DNA of 64,000 nt from an uncultured delta proteobacterium. Lineage in GTDB: Bacteria > Myxococcota_A > Polyangia > Polyangiales > Polyangiaceae. Below, piece after piece: positions 45,027 through 54,991 of the stretch (position 1 is the first letter of the stretch; each line of letters begins with the position of its first letter). Under the pieces are notes generated by a model. The model made no database searches. It was not told where the DNA came from and worked only from the letters and a program-made list of their open reading frames with translations. The DNA is taken from assembly GCA_963841435.1 (NCBI GenBank), contig CAWJCS010000003.1, positions 1,344,001 to 1,408,000 on the forward strand, given 5' to 3'. The translations under genes and the position numbers were made by a program.

Positions 45027-47371
45027 TCCGGGTTCTCCTGCCGCGCCGGGGGCAACGTCGGCGCCCGGAGGTGGCCCTGGCTCGACACACCCTCGAACGA
45101 CGGCGGCGGGCCGCTCCCGTACGGGCGCTCGTCGAGAACCTCTCGCAGCTTTCGGAGCAGCGCGTTCGGCGTGATCGGCTTTTGAAGAAACGCGACATCG
45201 GAATCCAAGACACCGTGGCGGACGATGGAGTCGTCGGTGTAGCCCGACATGTAGATGATCCGCATCGCCGGCCGGAGGGAGCCGACACGCTCCGCCAAGA
45301 CCCTGCCGCTCATGCGCGGCATGACCACGTCCGTCAGAAGCAAATGAATCGTCGCCGTATGCTGCTCACAGATGAGCAGCGCGTCGCCCCCGTTCTGCGC
45401 CACGAGGACACGATAGCCGGCTCGCTCGAGGATGGTGCGAGTGACGAGCCGCACCGACTCGTCGTCCTCGACGAGCAGGACCGTCTCGGACGCGCGCCTC
45501 GGAACCGCTGCGACGGCCGCCTCGCTCCGGACGACGCCGTCAGTCCGCCGGAGGTACACTTTGATTGTCGTGCCCGCGCCGGGTTCACTATAAACCCAGA
45601 TGCTGCCGCCGGTCTGCTGGACGATGCCAAAGACGGTGGAAAGCCCGAGTCCGGTACCGCGTCCGAGCTCCTTGGTCGTGAAAAACGGGTCGAACATGCG
45701 CGCGACGGTCGCCGGTTCCATACCGACGCCCGTGTCGGTCACCGCGAGCATCACGTACGAGCCGGGCTCGACCCCGGTGTGCTGGGACGTATAGGAAAGA
45801 TCGAGCTCGACGTTGGCCGTCTCGATGGTGAGCTTACCCCCCGTCGGCATCGCGTCGCGCGCATTGACCACCAGATTCATCAGGACTTGCTCGATTTGTC
45901 CGGGATCGGCCCGGACTTTACCCAGGTCTTGGCTAGCAACGACGTTCAACTCCACGTCCTCCCCGACTAGGCGCCGCAGCATCCTCGCAATGCCGGACAT
46001 CACGGCGTTCAGGTCCAGGATCTTGGGGTCGAGCACCTGCTGCCGGCTAAAGGCGAGAAGCTGACGGGTCAGTTCTGCGGCCCGCGTGCCGGCCCTCGCG
46101 ATCTCTTCGAGGTCCGCTCGCGTCGGATCCCCGGGTTTCAACGTGCTGATGAGCATCTTGCTGTAGCTGAGGATCACGGAAAGCAGATTGTTGAAATCGT
46201 GCGCCACGCCACCCGCGAGGCTACCGATAGCCTCCATTTTTTGGGCCTGTCGGAGCTGCGCCTCGAGTCGGTTCCGCTCGGTCGCATCGACCGCGATCTT
46301 CAAGGCGCACGGTCTGCCATCGAACACGAAGTTCTGGACGGTGATATCGACATCGATCACCGTTCCATCTCTTTTCTTGTACTGGGAAGCGCCCGACTGA
46401 ATGGCCGCGGAAGGAGTGGCGCTGAAGCCCGCAGGGAAGCCCGGCACGTCCTCGTTCGGACGCATGTCCGAAATGGTCATCCCCGAGAACTCCGCGCGCG
46501 AATAGCCGAAGCACGCAACAGCGGCGTCATTCACGGCGAGATACCGAAGCGTCTCGTTGTCGTACAAGAACTTCGGCAGCGGCGACTGCTCGAACAGCGT
46601 CCGATACTGGGTCGCCAGCGCCAAGAGCGCCTCCTCCGCCTGTTTTCTCGCGGAGATGTCGGTGACGTAGCTGATCCACTCGGTCGTGCCCTGCAGGTAT
46701 GCAAAGCCCACCAGTGTGGCGATGTAGCGCCCGTCCTTGTGGACGAAGTCTCGCTCTCGGAGCGGAAGAAATCCGGTCGTTCGGAGCTGCTGGCGGTCAT
46801 CGATGTCGGAAACGAGACGATCGAGCGGCGTGATCGCCTCCCAGTTGAGCTTGCCGGCCAGCATGTCCTCGTGCGTGTAGCCCAACATTTTCAAGAAGGC
46901 GGCGTTCGCTTCTTTGAAGTTGCCGTCGAAGTCCGAAATAGTGACTCCCGCGACACCCGAGTCGAACAACCGCCGGAAGCGGAGCTCGCGGTTTCTGAGC
47001 GTGGCCTGCTGCTCTACGAGGCGCTCGGCAATCAGGACGCGAGTCTCGAGAGCCGCGGGGCCGAGCGAGGTTGCATAGAGGTCGGTCGCTCCTGCCTCGA
47101 GAAGCTCAGGCAGTCGGTCATCGCGGCTCGTGATGACCAGAATCACCGCGTCAGCACCCTCCGGCGAGGCGCGCACGCGCCGACAAAACTCGGTGGCGGG
47201 CATGTCATCGAGCGGATCGTTCACCACGATCAACGGCGGCGCTTCGCTGGCGACCATGACGAGCGCGGTCCCGCCGTTTTCGGCCACGAGCTGGTTGTGA
47301 CCCCGCGCTCCCAGCACGCTGCCTACGGTGCTCCCCCAGCCAGAGTCGGTTCCGACCAAGAGGGCCTTCAT
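45023..47371 (-). CDS. REC-like-PAS-PAS-HisKA-HATPase-REC hybrid kinase
   Basis: [26 protein letters not shown]. Confidence 0.92.
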   Translation of the reverse strand: MKALLVGTDSGWGSTVGSVLGARGHNQLVAENGGTALVMVASEAPPLIVVNDPLDDMPATEFCRRVRASPEGADAVILVITSRDDRLPELLEAGATDLYATSLGPAALETRVLIAERLVEQQATLRNRELRFRRLFDSGVAGVTISDFDGNFKEANAAFLKMLGYTHEDMLAGKLNWEAITPLDRLVSDIDDRQQLRTTGFLPLRERDFVHKDGRYIATLVGFAYLQGTTEWISYVTDISARKQAEEALLALATQYRTLFEQSPLPKFLYDNETLRYLAVNDAAVACFGYSRAEFSGMTISDMRPNEDVPGFPAGFSATPSAAIQSGASQYKKRDGTVIDVDITVQNFVFDGRPCALKIAVDATERNRLEAQLRQAQKMEAIGSLAGGVAHDFNNLLSVILSYSKMLISTLKPGDPTRADLEEIARAGTRAAELTRQLLAFSRQQVLDPKILDLNAVMSGIARMLRRLVGEDVELNVVASQDLGKVRADPGQIEQVLMNLVVNARDAMPTGGKLTIETANVELDLSYTSQHTGVEPGSYVMLAVTDTGVGMEPATVARMFDPFFTTKELGRGTGLGLSTVFGIVQQTGGSIWVYSEPGAGTTIKVYLRRTDGVVRSEAAVAAVPRRASETVLLVEDDESVRLVTRTILERAGYRVLVAQNGGDALLICEQHTATIHLLLTDVVMPRMSGRVLAERVGSLRPAMRIIYMSGYTDDSIVRHGVLDSDVAFLQKPITPNALLRKLREVLDERPYGSGPPPSFEGVSSQGHLRAPTLPPARQENPE

Positions 47372-49026
47372 CGCGAGCTTTCCGCGCTGCCGTGGCCTGG
47401 CTTCGGCCGGGAGCCACCGAGAGCGTCAGAGCCTCGTTCTTCGCGGCCCGTCGCCGTGGGGTTTGGCCCGAGCACTTCACGAACCTTGAGCGCGAGGGCG
47501 TGGGGCGTGATGGGTTTTTGAAGGAACGTGATCGTCGAGTCGAGAATCCCGTGCCGCACCACCGCGTCGTCGGTGTAGCCGGACATGTAGAGCACCTTCA
47601 TCGCGGGGCGGACGCTCAGCAAACGCTCGGCCAGCTGTCGGCCGCTCATGCGGGGCATCACCACGTCGGTCAAGAGCAGGTGAATCGTCTCTGGATGCTG
47701 CTCACACAAGAGGAACGCATCGCCTCCGCTGTGGGCTTCGAGCACGTCGTAGCCGTACCTGCGCAAGATCGTCCGCGCGAGGACGCGCACGCGCTCCTCG
47801 TCTTCGACCAGCAGGATGGTTTCGGACCCGTGCAGGTTGAGCAATCCGGGAGGGGGCGCCGAAGCGGCAATCGGAACGGTGTGCTCCGCGATCGGGAAAT
47901 CGACGCGAAATGTCGTGCCGCGGTCAACCTCGCTGTCGACCCAGATGGTCGCGCCGCTTTGCCGAACGATCCCGAACACGGTCGCGAGCCCTAGCCCGGT
48001 CCCTTGTCGGCCCTCCTTGGTCGTGAAGAAGGGTTCGAACATGCGGGACTGAGTGGCCTCATCCATGCCGACACCCGTATCGCTGACGGCGAGCATGACA
48101 TGGACTCCAGCCGTCACGCCGGCATGTTCCAGCGCGTATGCTTCGTCCAATACGACTTCCGCGGTCTCGATCGTGAGCTTGCCGCCGCGCGGCATGGCAT
48201 CCCGGGCGTTGACCGCCAGGTTCACGATGACTCGCTCCAGCTGGCCCGGGTCGGCGAGAATCTTACCCAGCGCCGGCGCCGGGCGTGACGCAAAGTCCAC
48301 GTCCTCTCCGATCACCCGGCGCAGCATCGTTTCCATGCCCGTGCAGATGGCATTCAGATCAACGACGCGGGGCAGCAGGACCTGCTGGCGGCTGAATGCG
48401 AGCAGCTGACGTGTCAGGTCGGCCGCGCGCAGACCGGCTCCGTTGATCTCCTCCAGATCGGCCCGCATCGGATCGCCCGGCCGGAGGTCCGCAGCGAGCA
48501 TTTCGCTGTAGCTCAGGATGACGGACAACAGATTGTTGAAGTCGTGAGCGACGCCGCCGGCCAGGCTTCCGACTGCTTCCATCTTCTGAGCTTGCCGGAG
48601 TTGCTCCTCGCTCCGGTTCAGGGCCTGCTGCGCTTGCCTGCGTTCAATCGAATGCCGTATGACGCGTTCCATGAGCTGCGGTGTGATCTGGTCTTTGACC
48701 AGGTAGTCGGCGGCACCCGCCTTCATCGCTTCGATGTCCACCAAGCGGTCGCCCTGCCCGGTCAGCAGAATCATGGGCCCCCCGAAGCCCCCCGCCACCG
48801 CGGCCTCGATGAGATTTAGCCCAGTGTGAGCACCCAAACGGTAGTCCACCAAGCACGCGCTGTACGGTGCGCGGAGCTCCTCCAACCCTTCCTCGTAGCT
48901 TCGCACCCATTTCACGTCGAAGGCCACGCGGCCGTCCATCTCGAGGAGTTTCCGGGTGAGGAGATAGTCTTCCTCGTCGTCCTCCACGATCAACACGCGA
49001 ACCGCGGGCCTTTCTACGGCTAGCAT
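47368..49026 (-). CDS. REC-HisKA-HATPase-REC hybrid kinase
   Basis: [23 protein letters not shown]-terminal REC. Confidence 0.92.
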   Translation of the reverse strand: MLAVERPAVRVLIVEDDEEDYLLTRKLLEMDGRVAFDVKWVRSYEEGLEELRAPYSACLVDYRLGAHTGLNLIEAAVAGGFGGPMILLTGQGDRLVDIEAMKAGAADYLVKDQITPQLMERVIRHSIERRQAQQALNRSEEQLRQAQKMEAVGSLAGGVAHDFNNLLSVILSYSEMLAADLRPGDPMRADLEEINGAGLRAADLTRQLLAFSRQQVLLPRVVDLNAICTGMETMLRRVIGEDVDFASRPAPALGKILADPGQLERVIVNLAVNARDAMPRGGKLTIETAEVVLDEAYALEHAGVTAGVHVMLAVSDTGVGMDEATQSRMFEPFFTTKEGRQGTGLGLATVFGIVRQSGATIWVDSEVDRGTTFRVDFPIAEHTVPIAASAPPPGLLNLHGSETILLVEDEERVRVLARTILRRYGYDVLEAHSGGDAFLLCEQHPETIHLLLTDVVMPRMSGRQLAERLLSVRPAMKVLYMSGYTDDAVVRHGILDSTITFLQKPITPHALALKVREVLGPNPTATGREERGSDALGGSRPKPGHGSAESSR

Positions 49027-49481
49027 CCGCTTGCAGCCTCCGGAAGCGTGACGATCTTGAACCAGTACTCCCCCAGCGCGAGGGCCACCTGGACCAGTCC
49101 TGCTTGAGTCACCGGCTTGCTGATGTAGGAGTTGCTGCCAAGGTCGTAGGTCCGAAAGATGTCCTCCTCGGCCTTGGATGTCGTCATGACGACGACGGGG
49201 ATGCGACGCAGCGCCCGGTCCGCTTTGATCTCCATCAATGCCTCGCGCCCGTCCCTTCGCGGCATGTTGAGATCGAGCAGGATGAGCCCTGGTGTCGGCG
49301 ACAGCGCTGGGGGCGCGTATTTCCCAGTGTGGCGCAAGAACTCCAGCAGCTCCTCACCGTCACCGACGGTGTAGATCTGGAGCGGGAACGGCACCTTGTT
49401 GAAGGCGTTGCGGGTCATTTCCTGGTCGTCGGGATCGTCGTCGGCCAAAAGGACGATGACCGCAGGCGCGTCCGTCCTCAC
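49020..49481 (-). CDS. Single-domain response regulator (Rcp1-like)
   Basis: LADDDPDD, LLDLNMP, TTSKAEEDI..Y, NSYISKPV; GTG overlaps the upstream stop. Confidence 0.9.
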   Translation of the reverse strand: MRTDAPAVIVLLADDDPDDQEMTRNAFNKVPFPLQIYTVGDGEELLEFLRHTGKYAPPALSPTPGLILLDLNMPRRDGREALMEIKADRALRRIPVVVMTTSKAEEDIFRTYDLGSNSYISKPVTQAGLVQVALALGEYWFKIVTLPEAASGC

Positions 49482-51115
49482 GACGGCACCATGTTCTTCT
49501 GCATCAGAGGCAAAGTGACGATGAAGGTCGCGCCCTGCCCCGGACGACTCCGCGCGGTGATCGTCCCGGCGTGTCGCTCTACGATCCTGCGGCAAATCGC
49601 CAACCCGATCCCCGTCCCCTCGTAATCGCCTCGCCCGTGGAGCCGTTGGAAGATCTTGAACACCCGGTCGAGGTACTTCTCGTCGAAGCCGATGCCGTTG
49701 TCGGCAACGGACAAGCGGCACGCTGCTTCGGGCACGCTCACGCCTCGGGCGTCCACGGCGTCGATGATCTCGCCGCTCACTTGCACGACCGCCGGCTCGT
49801 CCTTCTTGTGGAACTTGAGCCCATTGCCGATCAGATTCTGGAGCAGCTGACGCATTTGGAACGAATCGCTTGCAACGACGGGTAGCTCACCCACCTGGAC
49901 GCGCCCGCCGGTCTCGGCGAGACGCACCTCCAAGTCCGAGATGACACCCATGAGTACCTCGTTGAGGTCGACCGCCGTGAACGGCCTTGCTTGGGACGAG
50001 ACCCGCGAAAACTCGAGCAGGTCGGAGACCAGGATCGTCATGCGGGAGGCGGCGTTCTGGATGCGATCGAGGTAGTTGCGCCCTTCGACGCTGAGGACTG
50101 CCGACTGCTCGTCTCTCAGGCAGCCCACGAACGCGTGCACCTTCCGCAATGGCTCCTGTAGATCGTGTGAAGCCACGGTCGCGAAGTCCTCGAGCTCGCG
50201 GTTGCTCTGCAGCAGGCTCACGCTCGACGCTCGAAGCTGATCTTCCGTTCGCTTGCGCTCGTCGATGTCGGTGCACGTTCCAAGCCACCTCGTGATGGCG
50301 CCCACCTCGTTTCGGACGGCCAGCGCGCGTGTCAGGTACCAGCGGTAGCTGCCGTCGGCATGCTTGAGACGGTACTCAATCTCGTACGCGCGCCCGGTGG
50401 CGATGGCCAAGCGCCAGCGTTCCACGGCGTGCTGCTGGTCATCGGGGTGCACGACATCCGCCCAGCTGGCATCCCCCAGTACCCCTTCGGGCCTGCCGGT
50501 GAAGTCGTACCAGCGCCGATTGTAGTAGTCGAAATGACCATCAGGGCGCGCCCCCCAGACGACCTGGGGCATGGCGTCGGCGAGCTCTCGGAATCGGCGC
50601 TCGCCTTCACGGAGCGAGTGCTCGGTCAACTTGCGCTGGGTGATGTCACTGTGGATGCCGGCCCATTCCCGAATCGTCCCGTTGTCCGCGAACACGGGCA
50701 CGGCCCGGACGGAGAAGTAGCGGTACTCGCCGTCATGGCGACGAAGCCGATGCTCGTACTCGCAGGGGCCGCGCGCGATGACCGCTCGCTCCCAGATGAC
50801 CTGATCGCTCGAGCGGTCGTCGACATGCACGGCATCCAGCCAACCGGCGCCCGCGTATTGTTCGGCCGTCTGTCCCGTGTAGGCAGCCCAGCTCGGCTGC
50901 TCGCCAACCATCTGACCCTTCGGGTCGCGCGTCCAAATGATCTGGGCGAGCGCCAAGACGAGCGATTGGTACCGATCGAGGTTGGCGCGCAGGAGGGTCG
51001 CGGCATTACCGCTCTGCTCGATCGCCTCCCGCTCCAGGGTGGCGATGCGCAACTTGCCCCGGGCCAGCTCTGCCTCCTGGCTTTCGGTGAGTCGCGCGTT
51101 CGGTCTATCAGACAT
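49478..51115 (-). CDS. PAS-PAS sensor histidine kinase (SHDLQEPL type)
   Basis: Two PAS/PAC domains, ASHDLQEPLRK, FQRLH, GTGIGLA. Confidence 0.92.
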   Translation of the reverse strand: MSDRPNARLTESQEAELARGKLRIATLEREAIEQSGNAATLLRANLDRYQSLVLALAQIIWTRDPKGQMVGEQPSWAAYTGQTAEQYAGAGWLDAVHVDDRSSDQVIWERAVIARGPCEYEHRLRRHDGEYRYFSVRAVPVFADNGTIREWAGIHSDITQRKLTEHSLREGERRFRELADAMPQVVWGARPDGHFDYYNRRWYDFTGRPEGVLGDASWADVVHPDDQQHAVERWRLAIATGRAYEIEYRLKHADGSYRWYLTRALAVRNEVGAITRWLGTCTDIDERKRTEDQLRASSVSLLQSNRELEDFATVASHDLQEPLRKVHAFVGCLRDEQSAVLSVEGRNYLDRIQNAASRMTILVSDLLEFSRVSSQARPFTAVDLNEVLMGVISDLEVRLAETGGRVQVGELPVVASDSFQMRQLLQNLIGNGLKFHKKDEPAVVQVSGEIIDAVDARGVSVPEAACRLSVADNGIGFDEKYLDRVFKIFQRLHGRGDYEGTGIGLAICRRIVERHAGTITARSRPGQGATFIVTLPLMQKNMVPS

Positions 51116-51284
51116 TGTCGCCATTTTCCCCGCGACCGTGGCGCTGCCTGAGCCAAGCTCGCTCCCTTCGTCCGAAGACGAGCCCAAGCCCACATTGACG
51201 CACACGTCTGCTCGCCGGCGTCCGACGTCGGAAAGGCCCAGTATGTTCGAATTTGCCAGGTTACTCCAAACGGTTACCCCTCAC

Positions 51285-51325
51285 CAATCGACAGATCGCA
51301 TGACATCTATCGATCTCGTCGATTG
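51285..51325. promoter_or_regulatory. Putative tandem LysR binding boxes
   Basis: ATC-N9-CAT-N7-ATC-N9-GAT (51287-51323) inside the imperfect inverted repeat caatcgacagatcg / cgatctcgtcgattg. Confidence 0.55.
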
Positions 51326-51355
51326 AATGGTGATACCTTCCCCGAGAGGGTCACC

Positions 51356-52282
51356 GTGAAATTGTCTGGGGTGGACGCGAACCTGCTACCAGCGCTCGAC
51401 GCGCTCTTGCAGGAAAGGAACGTGACTCGCGCGGCGCTGCGGCTCGGAGTCGGGCAGCCGGCGGTGAGCCATTCGCTGGCCCGCCTCAGAAATCACTTCC
51501 ATGACGAGTTGCTCGTGCTCAGGGGGCGCACCTATTTTCTGACGGAGAAGGGCGAGAAGCTGGCGGAGGTGGTGAAAAACGCAACGCGCGCGATGGCTGC
51601 GGTTTTCGAGGAACCGCCCGGCTTCGAGGCGTCGACGTCGTCGTCGCGCTTCGTGGTGGCTTGTTCCGACTTGCTCGGCTTCATCATCCTCCCGGAGCTG
51701 CTGCGGACGCTGCAAAGCGAGGCAGAGCACCTCGAGGTCGAGCTCAGAGCCCCGAGCACCGGGTCGAAAGAATCGCTTCTCGAGCGGGGAGTCGATCTGG
51801 CGCTCGGCATTTTCGAAGGCGTCCCTCCCAGCATGAACCAGGAGGCCATCTACGAAGATGCAGCAGCTTGTGTCGTGCGCGAGGACCACGGCGGGATCGG
51901 CGACCACCTCACGCTCGAAGCGTACGGCGACCTTCCCCACCTGGAGATAGGCCCCACCTTCGACTCGATACCCGAGCTCCACGTCGAACGGGCGCTGGCG
52001 GCCCTCGGAAAGCGCCGGCGCGTGACGTTGCGCACCCCGTACTTTTTGCTGGCACCACGCATCCTCGAGCGAACGGACCACGTCGCCACCCTCCCGGCGA
52101 GCGCCGCGGAGCTGTTCGCCAAGATGGCTCGCCTTCGCGTCTTGTCGCCTCCGGTTGACCTCCCGACCTACAAATTTTCGCAGATTTGGTGGAACAACCG
52201 GAACGAGGACCGCGGACACGCGTGGCTTCGCGAACACGTCGCCAGCATCTACCGCCGCGCGCGTCGGAGCGACCGAACATGA
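51356..52282 (+). CDS. LysR-family transcriptional regulator (NodD-like)
   Basis: DANLL.ALDALL.ERNVTRAA.RL...QPAVSHSLARLR; C-terminal H.WLRE. Confidence 0.93.
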   Translation: MKLSGVDANLLPALDALLQERNVTRAALRLGVGQPAVSHSLARLRNHFHDELLVLRGRTYFLTEKGEKLAEVVKNATRAMAAVFEEPPGFEASTSSSRFVVACSDLLGFIILPELLRTLQSEAEHLEVELRAPSTGSKESLLERGVDLALGIFEGVPPSMNQEAIYEDAAACVVREDHGGIGDHLTLEAYGDLPHLEIGPTFDSIPELHVERALAALGKRRRVTLRTPYFLLAPRILERTDHVATLPASAAELFAKMARLRVLSPPVDLPTYKFSQIWWNNRNEDRGHAWLREHVASIYRRARRSDRT

Positions 52283-52527
52283 ACGACCAACAAAAGAGGC
52301 GGCTCGTGGAACAACTCGTCCTACTGGCGCTCGATCGCAACACCGGAGCTTGGAGCGCACGCCTGTACGTCGCAACGGCGCTGTGGCTCGAGTCGGAGCT
52401 CGGCTCCCAAGGTCGGGACTCGCTCACGAGCGCTGCAGAGCGTGTCAAGAAGCGGGAGCGAGGCACGGAGCCTGCCAACTTTCGCGGCCTCCTGGAGTCC
52501 TGGCTGGCGCCCGCAAGATACGGGTGA
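52279..52527 (+). CDS. Small hypothetical protein
   Basis: ATGA overlap with the LysR stop; 82 aa, helical. Confidence 0.45.
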   Translation: MNDQQKRRLVEQLVLLALDRNTGAWSARLYVATALWLESELGSQGRDSLTSAAERVKKRERGTEPANFRGLLESWLAPARYG

Positions 52528-52585
52528 CACAGGATTCGCCACCGACGATCTGTAACCAGTGTGTCCGGTTAGGACCGGTTGTGGA

Positions 52586-52606
52586 TGGCGCGCCCCGTAG
52601 GATTCG
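52586..52606 (-). repeat. Duplicated 3' end of tRNA-Arg (att-like scar) ending in CCA
   Basis: gcgcgccccgtaggattcg is identical at 52588-52606 and 52738-52756. Confidence 0.85.
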
Positions 52607-52738
52607 CCACCGTCGGCCCACTGCGTCACCACGTCGCACGCCGAGCTGCGGACAGCGCCCGGCTCCGCACGTAGGTCGAATCCGCTCGCGCAGTTGCTGG
52701 ATTGTCGCCCGACCTTGATTGTAGGTTTGTGGTTCCAG

Positions 52739-52812
52739 CGCGCCCCGTAGGATTCGAACCTACGACCCCCGGATTCGAAGTCCGGTGCTCTATCCAGCTG
52801 AGCTAGGGGCGC
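52739..52812 (-). tRNA. tRNA-Arg (TCG)
   Basis: GCGCCCC/GGGGCGC acceptor, CCGGA-CT-TCG-AA-TCCGG anticodon arm, GGTTCGAATCC T-arm; CCA not encoded. Confidence 0.96.
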
Positions 52813-52874
52813 GAAGGCCGAGGAGATAGCACGATCAGGCCCGAAGTTGGGGCCCGACCCGCGCCGAGCCGACG

Positions 52875-54113
52875 CTACGCGCCGTCGTAGCGCCGGAGCA
52901 CCAGCGACGCGTTGGCACCCCCGAACCCGAACGAGTTCTTGAGGCCCACCGCCACCCGCTGTTCCCGCGCGCTCGACACCACCTCGATGTCGCAAGCGGG
53001 GTCCCGCGCGTCGTAGTTGATGGTGGGCGGAATCACCGAACGGGCGATGCTGAGCGCAAGGATCGCGGTCTCGATGCCGCCCGCGGCGCCGAGCGTGTGG
53101 CCGATCATCGACTTGGGCGCGGTGACGGCGATTCCCTTCGCTCCGGCACCGAACACACGTTGCAGGGCGCGCGCTTCGGCCTCGTCGCCGATCGGCGTGG
53201 AGGTCGCATGGGCGTTGACGTGCACGACGTCCCCCGTGGCGGCGCGGGCGGAAGCGAGCGCGCTCTGCATGGCGAGGCGCATCCCCTCGCCTTCGGGGTG
53301 CGGCGCCGTCAGGTGGTGGGCGTCGCCGCTCGCGCCGTAACCGGCGAGCTCTGCGTAAATGGTCGCGCCGCGCGCGCGAGCCCGCTCGAGCTCTTCGACG
53401 ATGAGCACGCCGGCGCCCTCGGCAATCACGAAGCCGTCGCGTCCGAGTGCAAACGGCCGGCTCGCGGCGTGCGGCGTGTCGTTGCGCGTGGAAAGCGCCC
53501 GCATGGCACAGAATCCGGACACGCAGAGCTCCGTGAGCGTCGCTTCCACACCGCCCGTGATGACCGTGTGACACACGCCGCGGCGCACGAGCTCGAGACT
53601 TTCCCCGAGCGCGTGCGCGCCCGAGGCGCACGCCGTGGTGAAGGTCGCGTTCGGACCCCGCGCGCCGTAACGAATGCCCAACATGCCGGGCGCCGTGTTG
53701 CCGAGCATCATCGGCACCATGAACGGGCTCATGCGATCCGGCCCCTTCTCGAGCAAGAGGGCGTGATGGTGCTCGAGGCTCGCAAGGCCCCCGAGCGCGA
53801 CGCCGAGCAGCACGCCCACGTGCGGGGCCTCGCTTTCGTCGAGCTCGAGGCCCGCGTCGGCCACCGCCTCGTCCGCGGCGACGACGGCCAGCTGCGAGTA
53901 GCGATCCGTGCGGCGAAGCGTCGGCTTGTCGAGGTGCGCGCTCGCGTCGAACGCGGGAACCTCACCGCCGAAGCGCGTTTTGAGTCGCGACGCGTCGAAG
54001 TGCTCGAACGATCGGATACCACTCCGCCCCTCGAGCATTTGCCCGAAGCTCTTCTCGCGGCCGACACCGAGCGGCGTGACCAGACCAATGCCCGTGATGA
54101 CCGCGCGTCTCAT
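52875..54113 (-). CDS. fabF: Beta-ketoacyl-ACP synthase II
   Basis: TACASG (Cys), NAHATST, KSMIGH, NSFGFGG. Confidence 0.93.
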   Translation of the reverse strand: MRRAVITGIGLVTPLGVGREKSFGQMLEGRSGIRSFEHFDASRLKTRFGGEVPAFDASAHLDKPTLRRTDRYSQLAVVAADEAVADAGLELDESEAPHVGVLLGVALGGLASLEHHHALLLEKGPDRMSPFMVPMMLGNTAPGMLGIRYGARGPNATFTTACASGAHALGESLELVRRGVCHTVITGGVEATLTELCVSGFCAMRALSTRNDTPHAASRPFALGRDGFVIAEGAGVLIVEELERARARGATIYAELAGYGASGDAHHLTAPHPEGEGMRLAMQSALASARAATGDVVHVNAHATSTPIGDEAEARALQRVFGAGAKGIAVTAPKSMIGHTLGAAGGIETAILALSIARSVIPPTINYDARDPACDIEVVSSAREQRVAVGLKNSFGFGGANASLVLRRYDGA

Positions 54114-54787
54114 CGTCTCGCCTTCGCCTTTCCTCGTGACTTTTTGGCCGTCGCCGTGTGCGAACGCCGGACGCGACGCCCGGAGGCGACGCGCGGGGCC
54201 TTCTGATCGTCGAGGCCGACGAGCTTCCGGGCCTGCGTGTGGCACGCCCGAAGGATCTTCTTGGCGCGCGCCCGGTCGGGCACGGCGCGCGAGAGCAGCA
54301 CTCCACCGACGGCGAGCGCAACGGCAGCGATGACCTCGTCCTCGCCGAGCGCTACCTCGCCGCGCGTCCGCTCGGCGACGAGCGCGAGCATGCCCTCGAA
54401 CCGCCGTGCGAACTGCCGCCGCGTGGCCGGCGTGGCGCGCGCGATCTCGGCGGCCAGGCTGGGCATGATGCAGCCGTGCGCCGCGTCCTCGCGATGAGCG
54501 GGGTCGAGGTAACGCTGGAACAGGCCCTCGAGCCATGCCCGCCCCCGCCGATCGGCGAACGGCGCTGAGAGGCGCGCCCACGACGCCGCACCACTCTCTT
54601 CGACGACCTCGCGCACGAGGGACGCCTTCGACGGGAAGTGGGCGTAGAAGCCACCTGCCGTGAAGCCGGCACGCGCCATCACTGCATCGACACCCGTCGC
54701 CGCGATGCCGCGCCCGCGGAATAGCTGACCCGCCGCAGTAACGATGCGCGCGCGGGTCTTGCGCTTGCGATCGGGAGGATAGCGCAT
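54110..54787 (-). CDS. TetR-family regulator
   Basis: AGFTAGGFYAHFPSK HTH; ATGA overlap with fabF. Confidence 0.93.
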   Translation of the reverse strand: MRYPPDRKRKTRARIVTAAGQLFRGRGIAATGVDAVMARAGFTAGGFYAHFPSKASLVREVVEESGAASWARLSAPFADRRGRAWLEGLFQRYLDPAHREDAAHGCIMPSLAAEIARATPATRRQFARRFEGMLALVAERTRGEVALGEDEVIAAVALAVGGVLLSRAVPDRARAKKILRACHTQARKLVGLDDQKAPRVASGRRVRRSHTATAKKSRGKAKARR

Positions 54788-54794
54788 GGCGGTT

Positions 54795-54897
54795 GTATAT
54801 GACGATCGTACTACCATGGCAAGTCGCGCTTCCAGCGAAAACGGAGCAGCGTAGGTCGATTGGCTTTGGACGCGCAGTTTTGTATTACGATCGTACT
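54795..54897. promoter_or_regulatory. Two palindromic putative TetR operators
   Basis: ATGACGATCGTACT (54799-54812) and ATTACGATCGTACT (54884-54897), both centred on ACGATCGT. Confidence 0.7.
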
Positions 54898-54991
54898 TTT
54901 ATCGACGGGCGGACGACTCGACTCGAATCGAGCTAGCACTCCGCCCCGCGCTGCGACGCCCCGGGCGACGCGGCGACGCTGGCCGCGGCGG

